53,255 nucleotides of DNA from an uncultured archaeon (lineage in GTDB: Archaea > Asgardarchaeota > Lokiarchaeia > Sigyniarchaeales > SOKP01), in the NCBI GenBank assembly GCA_964632315.1, contig CAZWEM010000031.1, positions 1 to 53,255 of the forward strand, read 5' to 3'. Numbering within the stretch: position 1 is the stretch's first letter; each line of letters opens with the position of its first letter. Shown here in pieces: positions 36,697 to 46,687 of this stretch. Position numbers and translations under genes: made by a program. The notes under the pieces were generated by a model that ran no database searches, had not been told where the DNA came from, and saw nothing but the letters and a program-made list of their open reading frames with translations.

Positions 36697-37488
36697 TTAG
36701 AAAAACATGTTAATTGAGAGTATGATCAAAATTATCGCAACAAATAGCTGGAGGTAAATCTTCGGCATTTTTTGTGAAATCTTTGCCCCCAAAATCGAGC
36801 CTAGTATTGAACCTATAGCAAGAAAGAGCCCTACGAGATAATTAATTTGACCGAAAATACTTTTTATAATTACATTATAGATTGCAGTGAAAAAAATGAT
36901 TGAAGTAGAGATCGCAGTAGAATTGTGTATGGGAAAATGTAGGACAATGTTTAAAGTTGGAGTATTAACGATTCCTCCCCCTATTCCGAGTAGATTCGTT
37001 GTAAGGCCTGCTAAAAGAAAAAGTGGGATAGCCTTTTTAAAATTAGCTTTATAATTATGGTCGCTAATCAAAAAATTGGCGTCAAAATTTCCACTCTCTC
37101 TAGCTCTTACGATCTTATATATCATATTTAATGCTGCAACTAATAGTGTTATCGCAAATAGGATCCGTAAAACATAATTTTCGATTGGAATAAAATAGAA
37201 AATAATACTCGTGATCACACTTCCTAAAATTGAAAATGATGCAAAACTTAAAGAAAGCTTTAAGTTTGTTCGCTTTTGTCTTAAATATGTGATAAACCCT
37301 GAGAAGGAAGAAAACAAAATAACAAAAGTTGAAGTGTCAACAGCAATATCAATCGGTATAAAAAATAATAATGTCATGATTGAAACAAAAAACACTCCTC
37401 CTCCAATTCCCGCGATAGTTGAAATAATTCCTGATAGAAGACCCAAGGTTATTAAAAGTGTAATCAAGATTGAAGGTTCCATATTCAT
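36697..37488 (-). CDS. TauE/SafE sulfite exporter-family membrane protein
   Basis: Two repeats, AGIGGGVF and LGIGGGIV..P; A...TS motifs; GS.LGA. Confidence 0.9.
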   Translation of the reverse strand: MNMEPSILITLLITLGLLSGIISTIAGIGGGVFFVSIMTLLFFIPIDIAVDTSTFVILFSSFSGFITYLRQKRTNLKLSLSFASFSILGSVITSIIFYFIPIENYVLRILFAITLLVAALNMIYKIVRARESGNFDANFLISDHNYKANFKKAIPLFLLAGLTTNLLGIGGGIVNTPTLNIVLHFPIHNSTAISTSIIFFTAIYNVIIKSIFGQINYLVGLFLAIGSILGSILGAKISQKMPKIYLQLFVAIILIILSINMFF

Positions 37489-37609
37489 TAAAAAAAAGAA
37501 TCTCTGAAAAATATTCTCAAAATTTTAAAAATTCATATTATAAAGTTAAAAATTATATTTGTATAAAGTTATTAATTTTATAATCTCAAATTAATACTTT
37601 AATCTAATT

Positions 37610-37999
37610 ATGCCCGATCCTAACGACAATAAGTTAATTGTAAAACTTGTTCAGTGTTCTCGTTGTGGTAATGCATTTATGATCCAAAAAGGGCAACCCA
37701 GAACTGAGGAATTAATTTGTGATAATTGTTTAAAATTAGAAAAACGAAAGAGAGTTCTGACGCATTCTGTTGAGGAATCGCAAATTCAAATGGAAGATAA
37801 TATAAAGGATTATAAAAATCAACTAAGAAGCGCTAAATCGCAACAAATCAAACAAATGTATTTTGAAAAAATTAAGGAACAATCTAATGCCCTATCGAAA
37901 TCTGTTGATTTACTTAAAAAAATCCAAGAAACTAATGATGAGAAATACATTGAGGAGTACAAAAAGTTATTTGAAAAGATGAAAGAAGAGTACTCTTAG
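37610..37999 (+). CDS. Hypothetical zinc-finger + coiled-coil protein
   Basis: CSRC-x16-CDNC followed by a long K/E/Q-rich heptad helix. Confidence 0.7.
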   Translation: MPDPNDNKLIVKLVQCSRCGNAFMIQKGQPRTEELICDNCLKLEKRKRVLTHSVEESQIQMEDNIKDYKNQLRSAKSQQIKQMYFEKIKEQSNALSKSVDLLKKIQETNDEKYIEEYKKLFEKMKEEYS

Positions 38000-38761
38000 T
38001 TACTTCTTTAATATACAGGCGATATTCATGACTTTATTTATTGGTTGATATTTAGCATCTAATTTCATCAATCTTGAGATTAATTTTACGATAATATTCC
38101 AAATTAATCGAAAGGGATATTTCTTAGCATAATTTTCTCTTAACTTGAGTAAACGTTCTTCAAAATGTTTTGGATCTCGGCTTTGAACAATCGAAATTTT
38201 CATTATCAATCCATAGACTCCAAAGATCTCGATAATTTGCTTTATTCCACTTTTACGAAGCAAACCAATTAAATCTTGGATATCATACCTTCTGTAATGA
38301 CCTATTAGGATATCTTGTTTTGAAAAATATGCTTTTCTATGAGGAACGGTAATGACTGATACTGCGTCCTTTTTCATAATTCTTCTTATTTCACTCATAG
38401 CTTTTTCATCATCCAATATATGTTCAAGAACATCTAATGCACTTACAAAATCAAAAGTATTATCCCGATATGGGAGGTAATTTATATCTCCACAAATTGG
38501 ATGAGAATTTTTAAAACCTCTATAATTTCTCAATGGTTTTGAAGTTATATCTAAAAATGAATTTTGATTTCTTCTATTAAAAAAATACAAAATTGAATTA
38601 CCCGAACATCCCAAATCAATTGAATTATAAAAATTACTCGAAGAAACTAACTTTTCCCATATTAAATCAAATTTACATTTAATTCCCGGTGATATATAGT
38701 ATTCTGACAAATCACGAGCTGAGAAGTTCCTATGATTATCATAAAAATCTTTTAAAGTCAT
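38000..38761 (-). CDS. Class I SAM-dependent methyltransferase
   Basis: IDLGCSG, GD...LPY.DNTFD, DVLEHI.DD, ITVP, GHYRRY. Confidence 0.85.
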   Translation of the reverse strand: MTLKDFYDNHRNFSARDLSEYYISPGIKCKFDLIWEKLVSSSNFYNSIDLGCSGNSILYFFNRRNQNSFLDITSKPLRNYRGFKNSHPICGDINYLPYRDNTFDFVSALDVLEHILDDEKAMSEIRRIMKKDAVSVITVPHRKAYFSKQDILIGHYRRYDIQDLIGLLRKSGIKQIIEIFGVYGLIMKISIVQSRDPKHFEERLLKLRENYAKKYPFRLIWNIIVKLISRLMKLDAKYQPINKVMNIACILKK

Positions 38762-38985
38762 GAGTTTAATTCTTATTCTTTAATGCCTCGTAGCTCATTT
38801 ATAATTTTATTTTATAAATACGCTTAATTATAATTCATACTACAAAAATTTAGACAAAATTAACCTTCAATGTAATATTCACAAAACTAGTAATGATTTT
38901 TATATAATCTAACGTTCTAATAAACTTAAGAATTGTTTATTGTCAGAAAATTAAATACCATCATCCAATTTAAGGAAAATTAATA

Positions 38986-39402
38986 ATGACTGTTAAGCAA
39001 CTTTCAGTTTATATCCCAAACAAGCCCGGACAATTAGCTCAGTTTTTTGAGTTATTAATGGAGAATAAAATCTATATTAGGTCATTAACAGTGGCTGAAA
39101 CTGATGAATTTGGCCTGCTTTTATTGTTAGTAAATCAAACAGAAAAATGTTTAGATCTTTTAGAAGATAATGATATCTTGTATTCCATTACAGAAGTTGT
39201 GGCTGTAGAGCTCTCCGATAACATTTCTCAACTTTATGATATTGCAAAAACCTTAGGTTCTCACGGGGTAAATATCGATTATTTATACTTTTTAGTTCTA
39301 AACTCCAATAAAAATGGAATAGTTTTAAAATTAGATGATAATGAGAAGGGTGTAGAAATTTTAACAAAATACGGATTTAATTTATTACAAGATTTTGACT
39401 AA
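38986..39402 (+). CDS. Tandem ACT-domain protein (type usually found beside IorAB/PaaK)
   Basis: KQLSVYI.NKPGQL, I.IRSLTVAET.EFG, VNIDYLY. Confidence 0.85.
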   Translation: MTVKQLSVYIPNKPGQLAQFFELLMENKIYIRSLTVAETDEFGLLLLLVNQTEKCLDLLEDNDILYSITEVVAVELSDNISQLYDIAKTLGSHGVNIDYLYFLVLNSNKNGIVLKLDDNEKGVEILTKYGFNLLQDFD

Positions 39403-40775
39403 AATTTTTGTTTTGCTTTCATTTTTCTTTCAATTAATAATTTAATAGTATAAGCCGCTTCATGAGGCGTGTAAAAAATAGGTGCGTTTTCTTGAATTGC
39501 TAAAGCTTTGATTTTCTTAAAATTATGGCCCATGAGAATTAATGGAATTAATGGTTTCTTTCTACTTGTATCATTCCATGCATTTATCATACCTCGGTAG
39601 TGTTCACTAGTACTCATTTCGAGAAAAGGAGGTACGACTAAACAGGGAACGACAATATCAATGTTAGAATCCTCTAACATGGCCTTAGTAATTTGATAAT
39701 ATTGCTTTTCTTCAGCAACACCTATCATATCAAGGGGATTCACGAGCTTAACTAATGAAATGAGATATGGCTTAATTTTCTGAAGCAAATCAGTTGAAAA
39801 TTCAGCAAGTTTTAATCCATATTCTTCTGCCTTATCACTGAATAAAACTGAACTCCCTCCACTATTTGTTAATACCCCAATCTTCTCTCCATCAGGTAAT
39901 GGTAGGAGTGAAAATGCCTTTAAAGCCAGAATATAATCGTCTATATCTTCACATAAAATTGCGCCCGCTTGTTTTATTGCTGTTTTCAACATTTTATAGT
40001 TTGTAGCGATAGCTCCCGTATGAGAACTTGCGGCTTTCATGCCGTATTCGGTTTTTCCCCCCTTTAATATGACAACTGGCTTATCAAAAATTATATTACT
40101 AAGAATTCTGTAGAATTCTTTACCATCATTTATTGTTTCCATATAAATGCATATAATCTTCGATTTTTGATCATCATTAAAATATCTCAAAATATCAACA
40201 AAGGAAACATCAATATTATTCCCAATATTTGCAAATTTAGAACACCCTAAATTTTCTTTTTCCATTGCATAAAAAGTAGCACACGCAAATGAACCTGATT
40301 GACTAATCATGCTGATATTTCCCTTAGGAGCCGCCTGAATAAATGAAGCATTCAAATCTATTTCATTATTTTGTATTCCTACGCAATTTGGTCCTATAAC
40401 TCTAATTCCTGCATTTTTACATTTATAAGCAATCCGATTTTCAATAATCTTACCTAATTCATCTATTTCACCAAAACCAGCTGTGATAATAATAATCCCT
40501 TTTACTTCTTTTTGAATACATTCCTCAACAATAGCTTCTACTATTTTAGAGGGGACTAAAATTATGGCAATATCCACTTGATTTGGTATATCTAAAATAG
40601 ATTTAAAAATTTTTTTTCCCTCAATCTCTTTAGTGCCCTTAGAAACTAGATAGATGTTCTCCCTTAATCCCTTGTTCTTTAGTATGTTAATTGTTACAGC
40701 ATTACCAAATTTTTTAGGATTTGCCGTAGCACCAATCACGGCAATGGAATTAGGATAAAAAAAATCTCGTATCAT
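39399..40775 (-). CDS. ADP-forming acyl-CoA synthetase alpha subunit
   Basis: IAVIGAT..P.KFG, TAGFGE, RVIGPNCVG, SQSG, LKGG, AASSHTG, TNSGG, NPLD. Confidence 0.9.
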   Translation of the reverse strand: MIRDFFYPNSIAVIGATANPKKFGNAVTINILKNKGLRENIYLVSKGTKEIEGKKIFKSILDIPNQVDIAIILVPSKIVEAIVEECIQKEVKGIIIITAGFGEIDELGKIIENRIAYKCKNAGIRVIGPNCVGIQNNEIDLNASFIQAAPKGNISMISQSGSFACATFYAMEKENLGCSKFANIGNNIDVSFVDILRYFNDDQKSKIICIYMETINDGKEFYRILSNIIFDKPVVILKGGKTEYGMKAASSHTGAIATNYKMLKTAIKQAGAILCEDIDDYILALKAFSLLPLPDGEKIGVLTNSGGSSVLFSDKAEEYGLKLAEFSTDLLQKIKPYLISLVKLVNPLDMIGVAEEKQYYQITKAMLEDSNIDIVVPCLVVPPFLEMSTSEHYRGMINAWNDTSRKKPLIPLILMGHNFKKIKALAIQENAPIFYTPHEAAYTIKLLIERKMKAKQKF

Positions 40776-40778
40776 TTT

Positions 40779-42683
40779 TTAATTTTTCTCCCTAATAATT
40801 GCTTCTTGAGGACAAACATCAATGCAGACCTCACATCCTCTACAAGAAGAGGGATCTATGGAAGCTTTTCTTTCTTCTTCATCGAAGTAAAGCGCAGGAC
40901 ATCCAAACTTATTGGTGCAAATCATACATCCTATACATTTCTCTGGGTCAATACTTACTTTTGGTGGGGTTATCTTTTTAGCCCGCATTTCATTTAATTC
41001 TACCAGAGAGCATGTGTGTCTTGAAATGAAGACTCTAACTCCTTTAGCTTTCACTGCTTCTTCTAATTTGACAATAAGATTTTTTAGGTCATTCGAATCT
41101 TCTACCCATAGATTTTCGGATTGTACTCCACATCCTCTAACGAGATCTTCAATTATGACTCTAGTTCCTGGTTCTTTAGTGATTTTTAATCCAGTTCCAG
41201 GGTTATCTTGGAATCCAGTCATGCTTGTCGAATGATTATCTAAAATGACTACGAGCATGTCATTCTGATTATAAACAGCGTTAATTAAGGCAGGGATTCC
41301 TGAATGGAAAAATGTGGAATCTCCAATAATTGCTAACACGGGATTTTCTTTTGGCTGTATTTTAGCAAACCCATTAGCTAATCCGATACTTCCGCCCATA
41401 CAAATCTGAGCGTCAAGTCCTTCAAGTGGTTTATAAACTGCAAGAGTGTAGCAACCTATATCAGAAGAGTTAATGAACTTAGTTTTTAATTTTTTTTCCA
41501 CTTGTTTTATTGCATAGAAACTCGCTCTGTGTGAACAACCAGGACAAAGTATAGGAAGACGTGGAGGAATTATTAACATATTATCAGGTACTTTTGGAAT
41601 TTTATAATTCTTTCCTGTAAACTTAGCAATATTTTCCAAATATAACTCTGAAGGGAATTCTCCATTTTCAGGAAAATAATCTTTTCCATGAATCTTAAGT
41701 TCTTTTGACAAACCTTCTTCAAACGCAATTTGTTTAAGTATGTTTTCGATAAAAGGTTCCAATTCCTCAATCACCATGATTTCATCCACAGTTTCAAAAA
41801 ATTGTTTTATTAATTTTTTTGGAGGAGGGTAAACTAGCCCTAGCTTGAGAATTGAAACTTGATTTTTTATATTGAAATATTCAAGAGCATCCATTAAATG
41901 AGAATAGGGAACTCCAGCAGCTACAAATCCATATCTAGTACCATTTACTCTTTCTCTTGATTTTGCTAATGAGTTAAAGGGAAATTCATCAGCAAAATCA
42001 GATATCTCTTCAAGCCTTTCTAATAGCCTGACCCTCAAAACTCTGGAATGAGAAGGCAGGCATACCCATCGAGACCTATCCCAATCAAAAGAATAGTCTC
42101 TATCAATTTTCAATATATCTCCTAATTCCACCTCTCCTCTTCCATGATTTAATCTGGTGGTTGTTCTAAATAAAACTAGACTTTGAAATCGTTCAGAGAA
42201 ATCAAACGCGTATTTCATCATATTTTTTGCTTCTTGTGGAGTCGATGGTTCAAAAACTGGGACGAGAGCGTGCAAGCCAAAATACCTATTATCCTGCTCG
42301 TTTTGAGAGCTATAACAATTAGGATCATCAGCCGATACTAAAACCATCCCTCCTCTAGCTCCAGCATAACATGCTGTCATGAATGCATCAGAAGCAACAT
42401 TCACTCCCACATGCTTCATGCACGCAACTGCTCTTACATCGCACATTGAAGCTCCATAAGCAGTTTCAAAACCTACTTTTTCATTTATGCTCCATTCTAG
42501 TTTTAAATGCGGATAATATTTATTCATCTCTGCTAATGTTGATAATATTTCACTTGATGGGGTCCCGGGATAGCCAGCACCTATAATAACTCCGGCTTCT
42601 AATATGCCTCTTGCGATTGCTTCATTACCAAGCAGAATCACTTTTTTTCCATTTTGATCCTCTGCAAAATCAGGTATACTCAT
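40779..42683 (-). CDS. iorA: Indolepyruvate:ferredoxin oxidoreductase alpha subunit
   Basis: LLGNEAIARG, GYPGTPSSE, MKHVGVNVA.D, SSQNEQD, LCPGCSHR, DIGCY, TPP motif GDSTF.HSG..N, C-terminal ferredoxin. Confidence 0.95.
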   Translation of the reverse strand: MSIPDFAEDQNGKKVILLGNEAIARGILEAGVIIGAGYPGTPSSEILSTLAEMNKYYPHLKLEWSINEKVGFETAYGASMCDVRAVACMKHVGVNVASDAFMTACYAGARGGMVLVSADDPNCYSSQNEQDNRYFGLHALVPVFEPSTPQEAKNMMKYAFDFSERFQSLVLFRTTTRLNHGRGEVELGDILKIDRDYSFDWDRSRWVCLPSHSRVLRVRLLERLEEISDFADEFPFNSLAKSRERVNGTRYGFVAAGVPYSHLMDALEYFNIKNQVSILKLGLVYPPPKKLIKQFFETVDEIMVIEELEPFIENILKQIAFEEGLSKELKIHGKDYFPENGEFPSELYLENIAKFTGKNYKIPKVPDNMLIIPPRLPILCPGCSHRASFYAIKQVEKKLKTKFINSSDIGCYTLAVYKPLEGLDAQICMGGSIGLANGFAKIQPKENPVLAIIGDSTFFHSGIPALINAVYNQNDMLVVILDNHSTSMTGFQDNPGTGLKITKEPGTRVIIEDLVRGCGVQSENLWVEDSNDLKNLIVKLEEAVKAKGVRVFISRHTCSLVELNEMRAKKITPPKVSIDPEKCIGCMICTNKFGCPALYFDEEERKASIDPSSCRGCEVCIDVCPQEAIIREKN

Positions 42684-43296
42684 AAATTTCCCTCCTTAAA
42701 GATCTTCCTTTCTCTAAACCAAATTTAAACGCAACTTTATTGACTTCAATTGCTTTTTTAGGAACAAATAATTTAATTGCCTCTTGTAAATTCTCTACTT
42801 TAATTGGGAGTTTCCCTGAACCACTGATTACGCCTAACATTACTACATTCATTGTTCTCAAATTTCCTGCTTCTATAGCAATATTGTTGGCATCGATAAA
42901 AAAAATATTTGGTGAAACATCACTTAAAAATGCATGAATTTGTTCAATATTGGGATATTCCATCCCTAATTGATGAATCATAGGTGGGATAATTAAATGG
43001 TTGTTAATGAAAAAATAGGTTTCTGGACCAGCATAATTAAAATTTCTTACAGCTTCGCTTGCCTCAAATGACATGACTAAATCAGCCATTCCCCTGGGAA
43101 TGAGTGGTCCCTCAACTAAAGACCCAAATCTTAGGTAAGAAGCTACTGAACCACCTCTCTGAGCCATACCATGAGTTTCAGCGGTTCTAACTTTATGACC
43201 TTCTAATAAAGCTGCGTGAGAAAGAATTTGTATTGCTCTAATGACACCTTGCCCACCTACACCTACATTTAGAAGGTTAAAACTTTTTATCTTCAT
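42670..43296 (-). CDS. iorB: Indolepyruvate:ferredoxin oxidoreductase beta subunit
   Basis: GVGGQG, ETHGMAQRGGSV, N.VMLG, N..AF..G. Confidence 0.95.
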   Translation of the reverse strand: MKIKSFNLLNVGVGGQGVIRAIQILSHAALLEGHKVRTAETHGMAQRGGSVASYLRFGSLVEGPLIPRGMADLVMSFEASEAVRNFNYAGPETYFFINNHLIIPPMIHQLGMEYPNIEQIHAFLSDVSPNIFFIDANNIAIEAGNLRTMNVVMLGVISGSGKLPIKVENLQEAIKLFVPKKAIEVNKVAFKFGLEKGRSLRREIYEYT

Positions 43297-43387
43297 AATG
43301 AGTTTTCTAAATACATTTAGCCTTTTTTTACGTATCTAAGAATAATTAATCTCTGCAATTTAATTAAGTTATTCGTTAGAGAATATA

Positions 43388-43405
43388 ATGGGAACTATAT
43401 CCCAT
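43388..43405. promoter_or_regulatory. Inverted repeat ATGGGA-N6-TCCCAT upstream of iorB (candidate operator)
   Basis: Perfect 6-bp arms containing GGG/CCC in an AT-rich intergenic region about 90 bp upstream of the iorB start. Confidence 0.3.
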
Positions 43406-43560
43406 CATCAATTTTTAAACACGCTCTGGTTTTTAGCTAATTCCAAAGACTTAAAGTAATAAACCGAAAATATAAAGAACCAATTTATAGTTTATGTAAA
43501 TTAAATGATAGGATTTTTTATTCTTAAGTGAAATTCAAAGAAAATTAACCATAAAAATCA

Positions 43561-44460
43561 TTATAACCATCCCCTCGTGTTTTTTTTAAACCTTTCTCAA
43601 ACACTCCAATCAATTTCTTGGACAGCATCTCCATAAAGACCAGCATTTGAAGTTCCTTGAAACTTTTTGGATGCATGAAGTGGATCGTGAAGAAATGGCT
43701 AACAATAATGGAGGAAGAATGGTCAATTTGCATTTTTTCTTATAAAAGAGATTGCCTCATTAGCTAATGATTTGGTCAAGTAGTCTTGTTTGGCTGGTGG
43801 ATGCTGTTCTATCTCTTTATTTCTCCAAATTGCAAATGGCTTCATATCATAACTGTGTAAGGCTCCATAGAAAAATCTAAACCCCTTGTCATTTGGTAGA
43901 TGAGGTGATTTATCTCCAAGATGACATTTACCAAGCAATCCTGTTTCATTTCCCGCTTCGTTTAGAACTTCTGCGATAGTTATCTCATCTTCCAATAGAC
44001 CTTTAACACTATGAGATCTTCTTAATGTCATCTTAATAAACTTTGATATAAGAGACTTATTTGGGAAAAAAATATGAGGAATAAGCATTCTCAAAGGATG
44101 ACGGCCGGTTAATAACCCAACGCGTGACAGTTAACAAACGGGAGAATAAAAATAAAAATAGTTCCGTTTAACTCCATTTTCTGAGAGGGTGTCAATATTT
44201 GGCGTCTTGATATTTTTTGCCCCGTAACATGATATATCGGCATATCCCATATCATCCATGAAGAAATTAACTATATTCGGTTTTTTAGTTTCATGATTGG
44301 AATAGAATTCTTTATCAACGTGTTCTAAATACTGCTTGTATGCCAAAATGTTCATACTTTACTTCTTCCTATTATGTAATTTAACTCTAACAGCATTTAA
44401 TATAAAAAGACAAATTATTCCCTAAACAATATACCACAATACGTTCAATATGCCATTCAC
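43561..44460 (-). pseudogene. Arylsulfatase-family pseudogene with N-terminal membrane anchor
   Basis: One frame gives [59 protein letters not shown], interrupted by six in-frame stops. The C-terminal half is missing. Confidence 0.88.
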
Positions 44461-45250
44461 TGCATTTCTTGATTAATTTAATGTTTAATTTTATTTAATC
44501 GACAATATAATTTAAGTTTAAATCAATAATTTTTGCTCGAATATACTTAGCGTTATTAAGATTATATAGCAAAATGAAAACTAATTTGGACAAATAAGAT
44601 TCCCTTTAATTATTAGTTGGCTTATTTCTTGAATTATGTTTTAAATAAATTTTGCAAGCAATATTATTGATATAATTAAGACTTAGGAATAGAAGCCAAA
44701 CGCAAAGAATCTTCTAAGCTCTAAAAACCTCAAATCACTGTTATTAAGATCTTAATAAAATCTCATTTTGAATTGAAGAATATCGTATTGATCTAAATTT
44801 CATGCCAAAAGTTGGATAATATTTTTTCTCAATTTTCTTACAAGTCCCAAGAAATTTAAGAAAAAAATTTATTTTTAATTAAAATTATGAACCAAACTCA
44901 GATTTACATAAACAATTAGGATTTTATGATATGATAAATAGAGATGATATATTATTTGTTATAGTATGAGTACATTTCATTCACTAATCGAATCAAACGT
45001 TTCCAGAATTGACCCAAATATATTTATATATAGGAAAACTATGTAATAATTAGAAAAAATTTGTTAAACGCAAATTTTTTTCTCGTAGTGGAATGTTAGC
45101 TATGATTTATTCCTCCACAAATTCTTCAAGTTTCAACATTCCTCTACATTTTCTTTTTTAAATCTTCTCTAACTTCTTTATCTAATAATATATTACAAAA
45201 ATTATTAATCCTAGTGTTATTTCTAACTCATATCAATCCATAAAGTATTT

Positions 45251-46540
45251 TTAAATATATGAATCAAATAAGATTTTCTTTTTTGGGAAAATGGTATTAA
45301 TTAAATCTTTTGATTTAGGATTCACAATAGCATCCTTTATTATGTAATTAATTTCGTTAACATTTCTCTCTCCTAAAACTACTTTAAAAATAAGAGCACC
45401 AGGTAATTGAAGATCGATCAATTCTGCATCTTGATATCCTTTTATAGTTTTAGCATTCTTGATTTTACCTTTTTCAAATTCTATTTCGATGCACTCAAGA
45501 TAATTACTTAATCTAACTTTTTTTGTTATTTCATTATACTCCGAATGCTCCAATCTAAATTCAATGATTTTTTTTATCAAATTAAAAAATAATTTCAAAT
45601 TTGGAATCTTTACTTGCCATCCATAATCTGAAACGAGAATTCCTCCAAGTGATTTTAAGTGATTAAATAAGGGAGAATGGTGATTAATGCTAAGTGTAAT
45701 GGTGTCTTGCTTGCTATATCTTCCAAGATTCTTGATAAATTGAAGTAGTGCTAACATTTCTTTTTTATTGTTGCTTGGACAGAAAACTTCATAATTTGTG
45801 TTATCATAACTCATCCCAATAGAGAAATAATTACGTGAAATTCCACGCTTTTCGAAGATGTAACTAGATCGAACCTCAGAATTGAAATTGTCTCTTAAAT
45901 ATTTGAATTTAAAACACTCCTTATCGAATGTATTGAATATGTAGAACTTTTTATGGAAATGATTGTATCTTGATTCAATTAGCGGTATATCTTCAGAATT
46001 TGCTTTTCTAATACGAATTTTATCCTTTCTTTTAGGAATTTTTGATACTGGGATTTCTATTCTCTCATCAAGAGAAGATACAAATTCATATCCTAGTGAA
46101 CGATAATAATATGGAATCCCTCTTATAACAGAGATGATATATCCGTTTTGTTCCATAATTTTTTCATATAATTCGTTAAGAATTTTAATATAACCTCTTC
46201 CTCTATATTCTTCACGAGTTCCCACAAATTCCATTTCACAACCAGGTAAAATAGTGTTTTTAATTTGCCATTCTAAAGGAACTAAACATATTGAAGAAGC
46301 CAACTTGTTTTTTTCATTGTCTTTTATGTATAACCATAGAATACCATCTTTTCTTGGATGTCTCGTAAAAATCTCACGAATATAGGATTTTAATAACACT
46401 TCTTTATGGATTTCAACATTTAAATTAACTAAAGCAGTTAATTCCTCTTGGTTATCTTCAGCAATGTGGATGCTAAATCGATCATCAACTTTTGTGTTAT
46501 AGCCCTTTAGAAGATCCATAAAGGTGAAAACGTCTAGCAT
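45251..46540 (-). CDS. GNAT acetyltransferase, Eis-like architecture
   Basis: FVGTREEYRGRG acetyl-CoA motif, GIPYYYR.LGY, C-terminal SCP2-like segment. Confidence 0.8.
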   Translation of the reverse strand: MLDVFTFMDLLKGYNTKVDDRFSIHIAEDNQEELTALVNLNVEIHKEVLLKSYIREIFTRHPRKDGILWLYIKDNEKNKLASSICLVPLEWQIKNTILPGCEMEFVGTREEYRGRGYIKILNELYEKIMEQNGYIISVIRGIPYYYRSLGYEFVSSLDERIEIPVSKIPKRKDKIRIRKANSEDIPLIESRYNHFHKKFYIFNTFDKECFKFKYLRDNFNSEVRSSYIFEKRGISRNYFSIGMSYDNTNYEVFCPSNNKKEMLALLQFIKNLGRYSKQDTITLSINHHSPLFNHLKSLGGILVSDYGWQVKIPNLKLFFNLIKKIIEFRLEHSEYNEITKKVRLSNYLECIEIEFEKGKIKNAKTIKGYQDAELIDLQLPGALIFKVVLGERNVNEINYIIKDAIVNPKSKDLINTIFPKKKILFDSYI

Positions 46541-46687
46541 AATTTCAATCTTTTTAATTCCCTAATTGCTGTAATTGATAATTTGCAATTAAAATGAAAG
46601 AAATAAAAACACTCGAATCTTCATTCAATTAAGGTTTTGAAAAACCAACATTTAATTCAAAATTCAAATTTAAAGAGGATACTAAAT

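Noticed and set aside
43545-43733. 62-aa ORF listed after the sulfatase fragments
   Set aside because: Wrong frame; the sulfatase motifs ([17 protein letters not shown]) continue in the stop-interrupted frame of the upstream fragments.
43561-44460. Stop-codon recoding (selenocysteine/pyrrolysine) to rescue the sulfatase
   Set aside because: TAA, TAG and TGA all occur, conserved residues are also mutated (CxPxR, GKWH), and the C-terminal half is missing.
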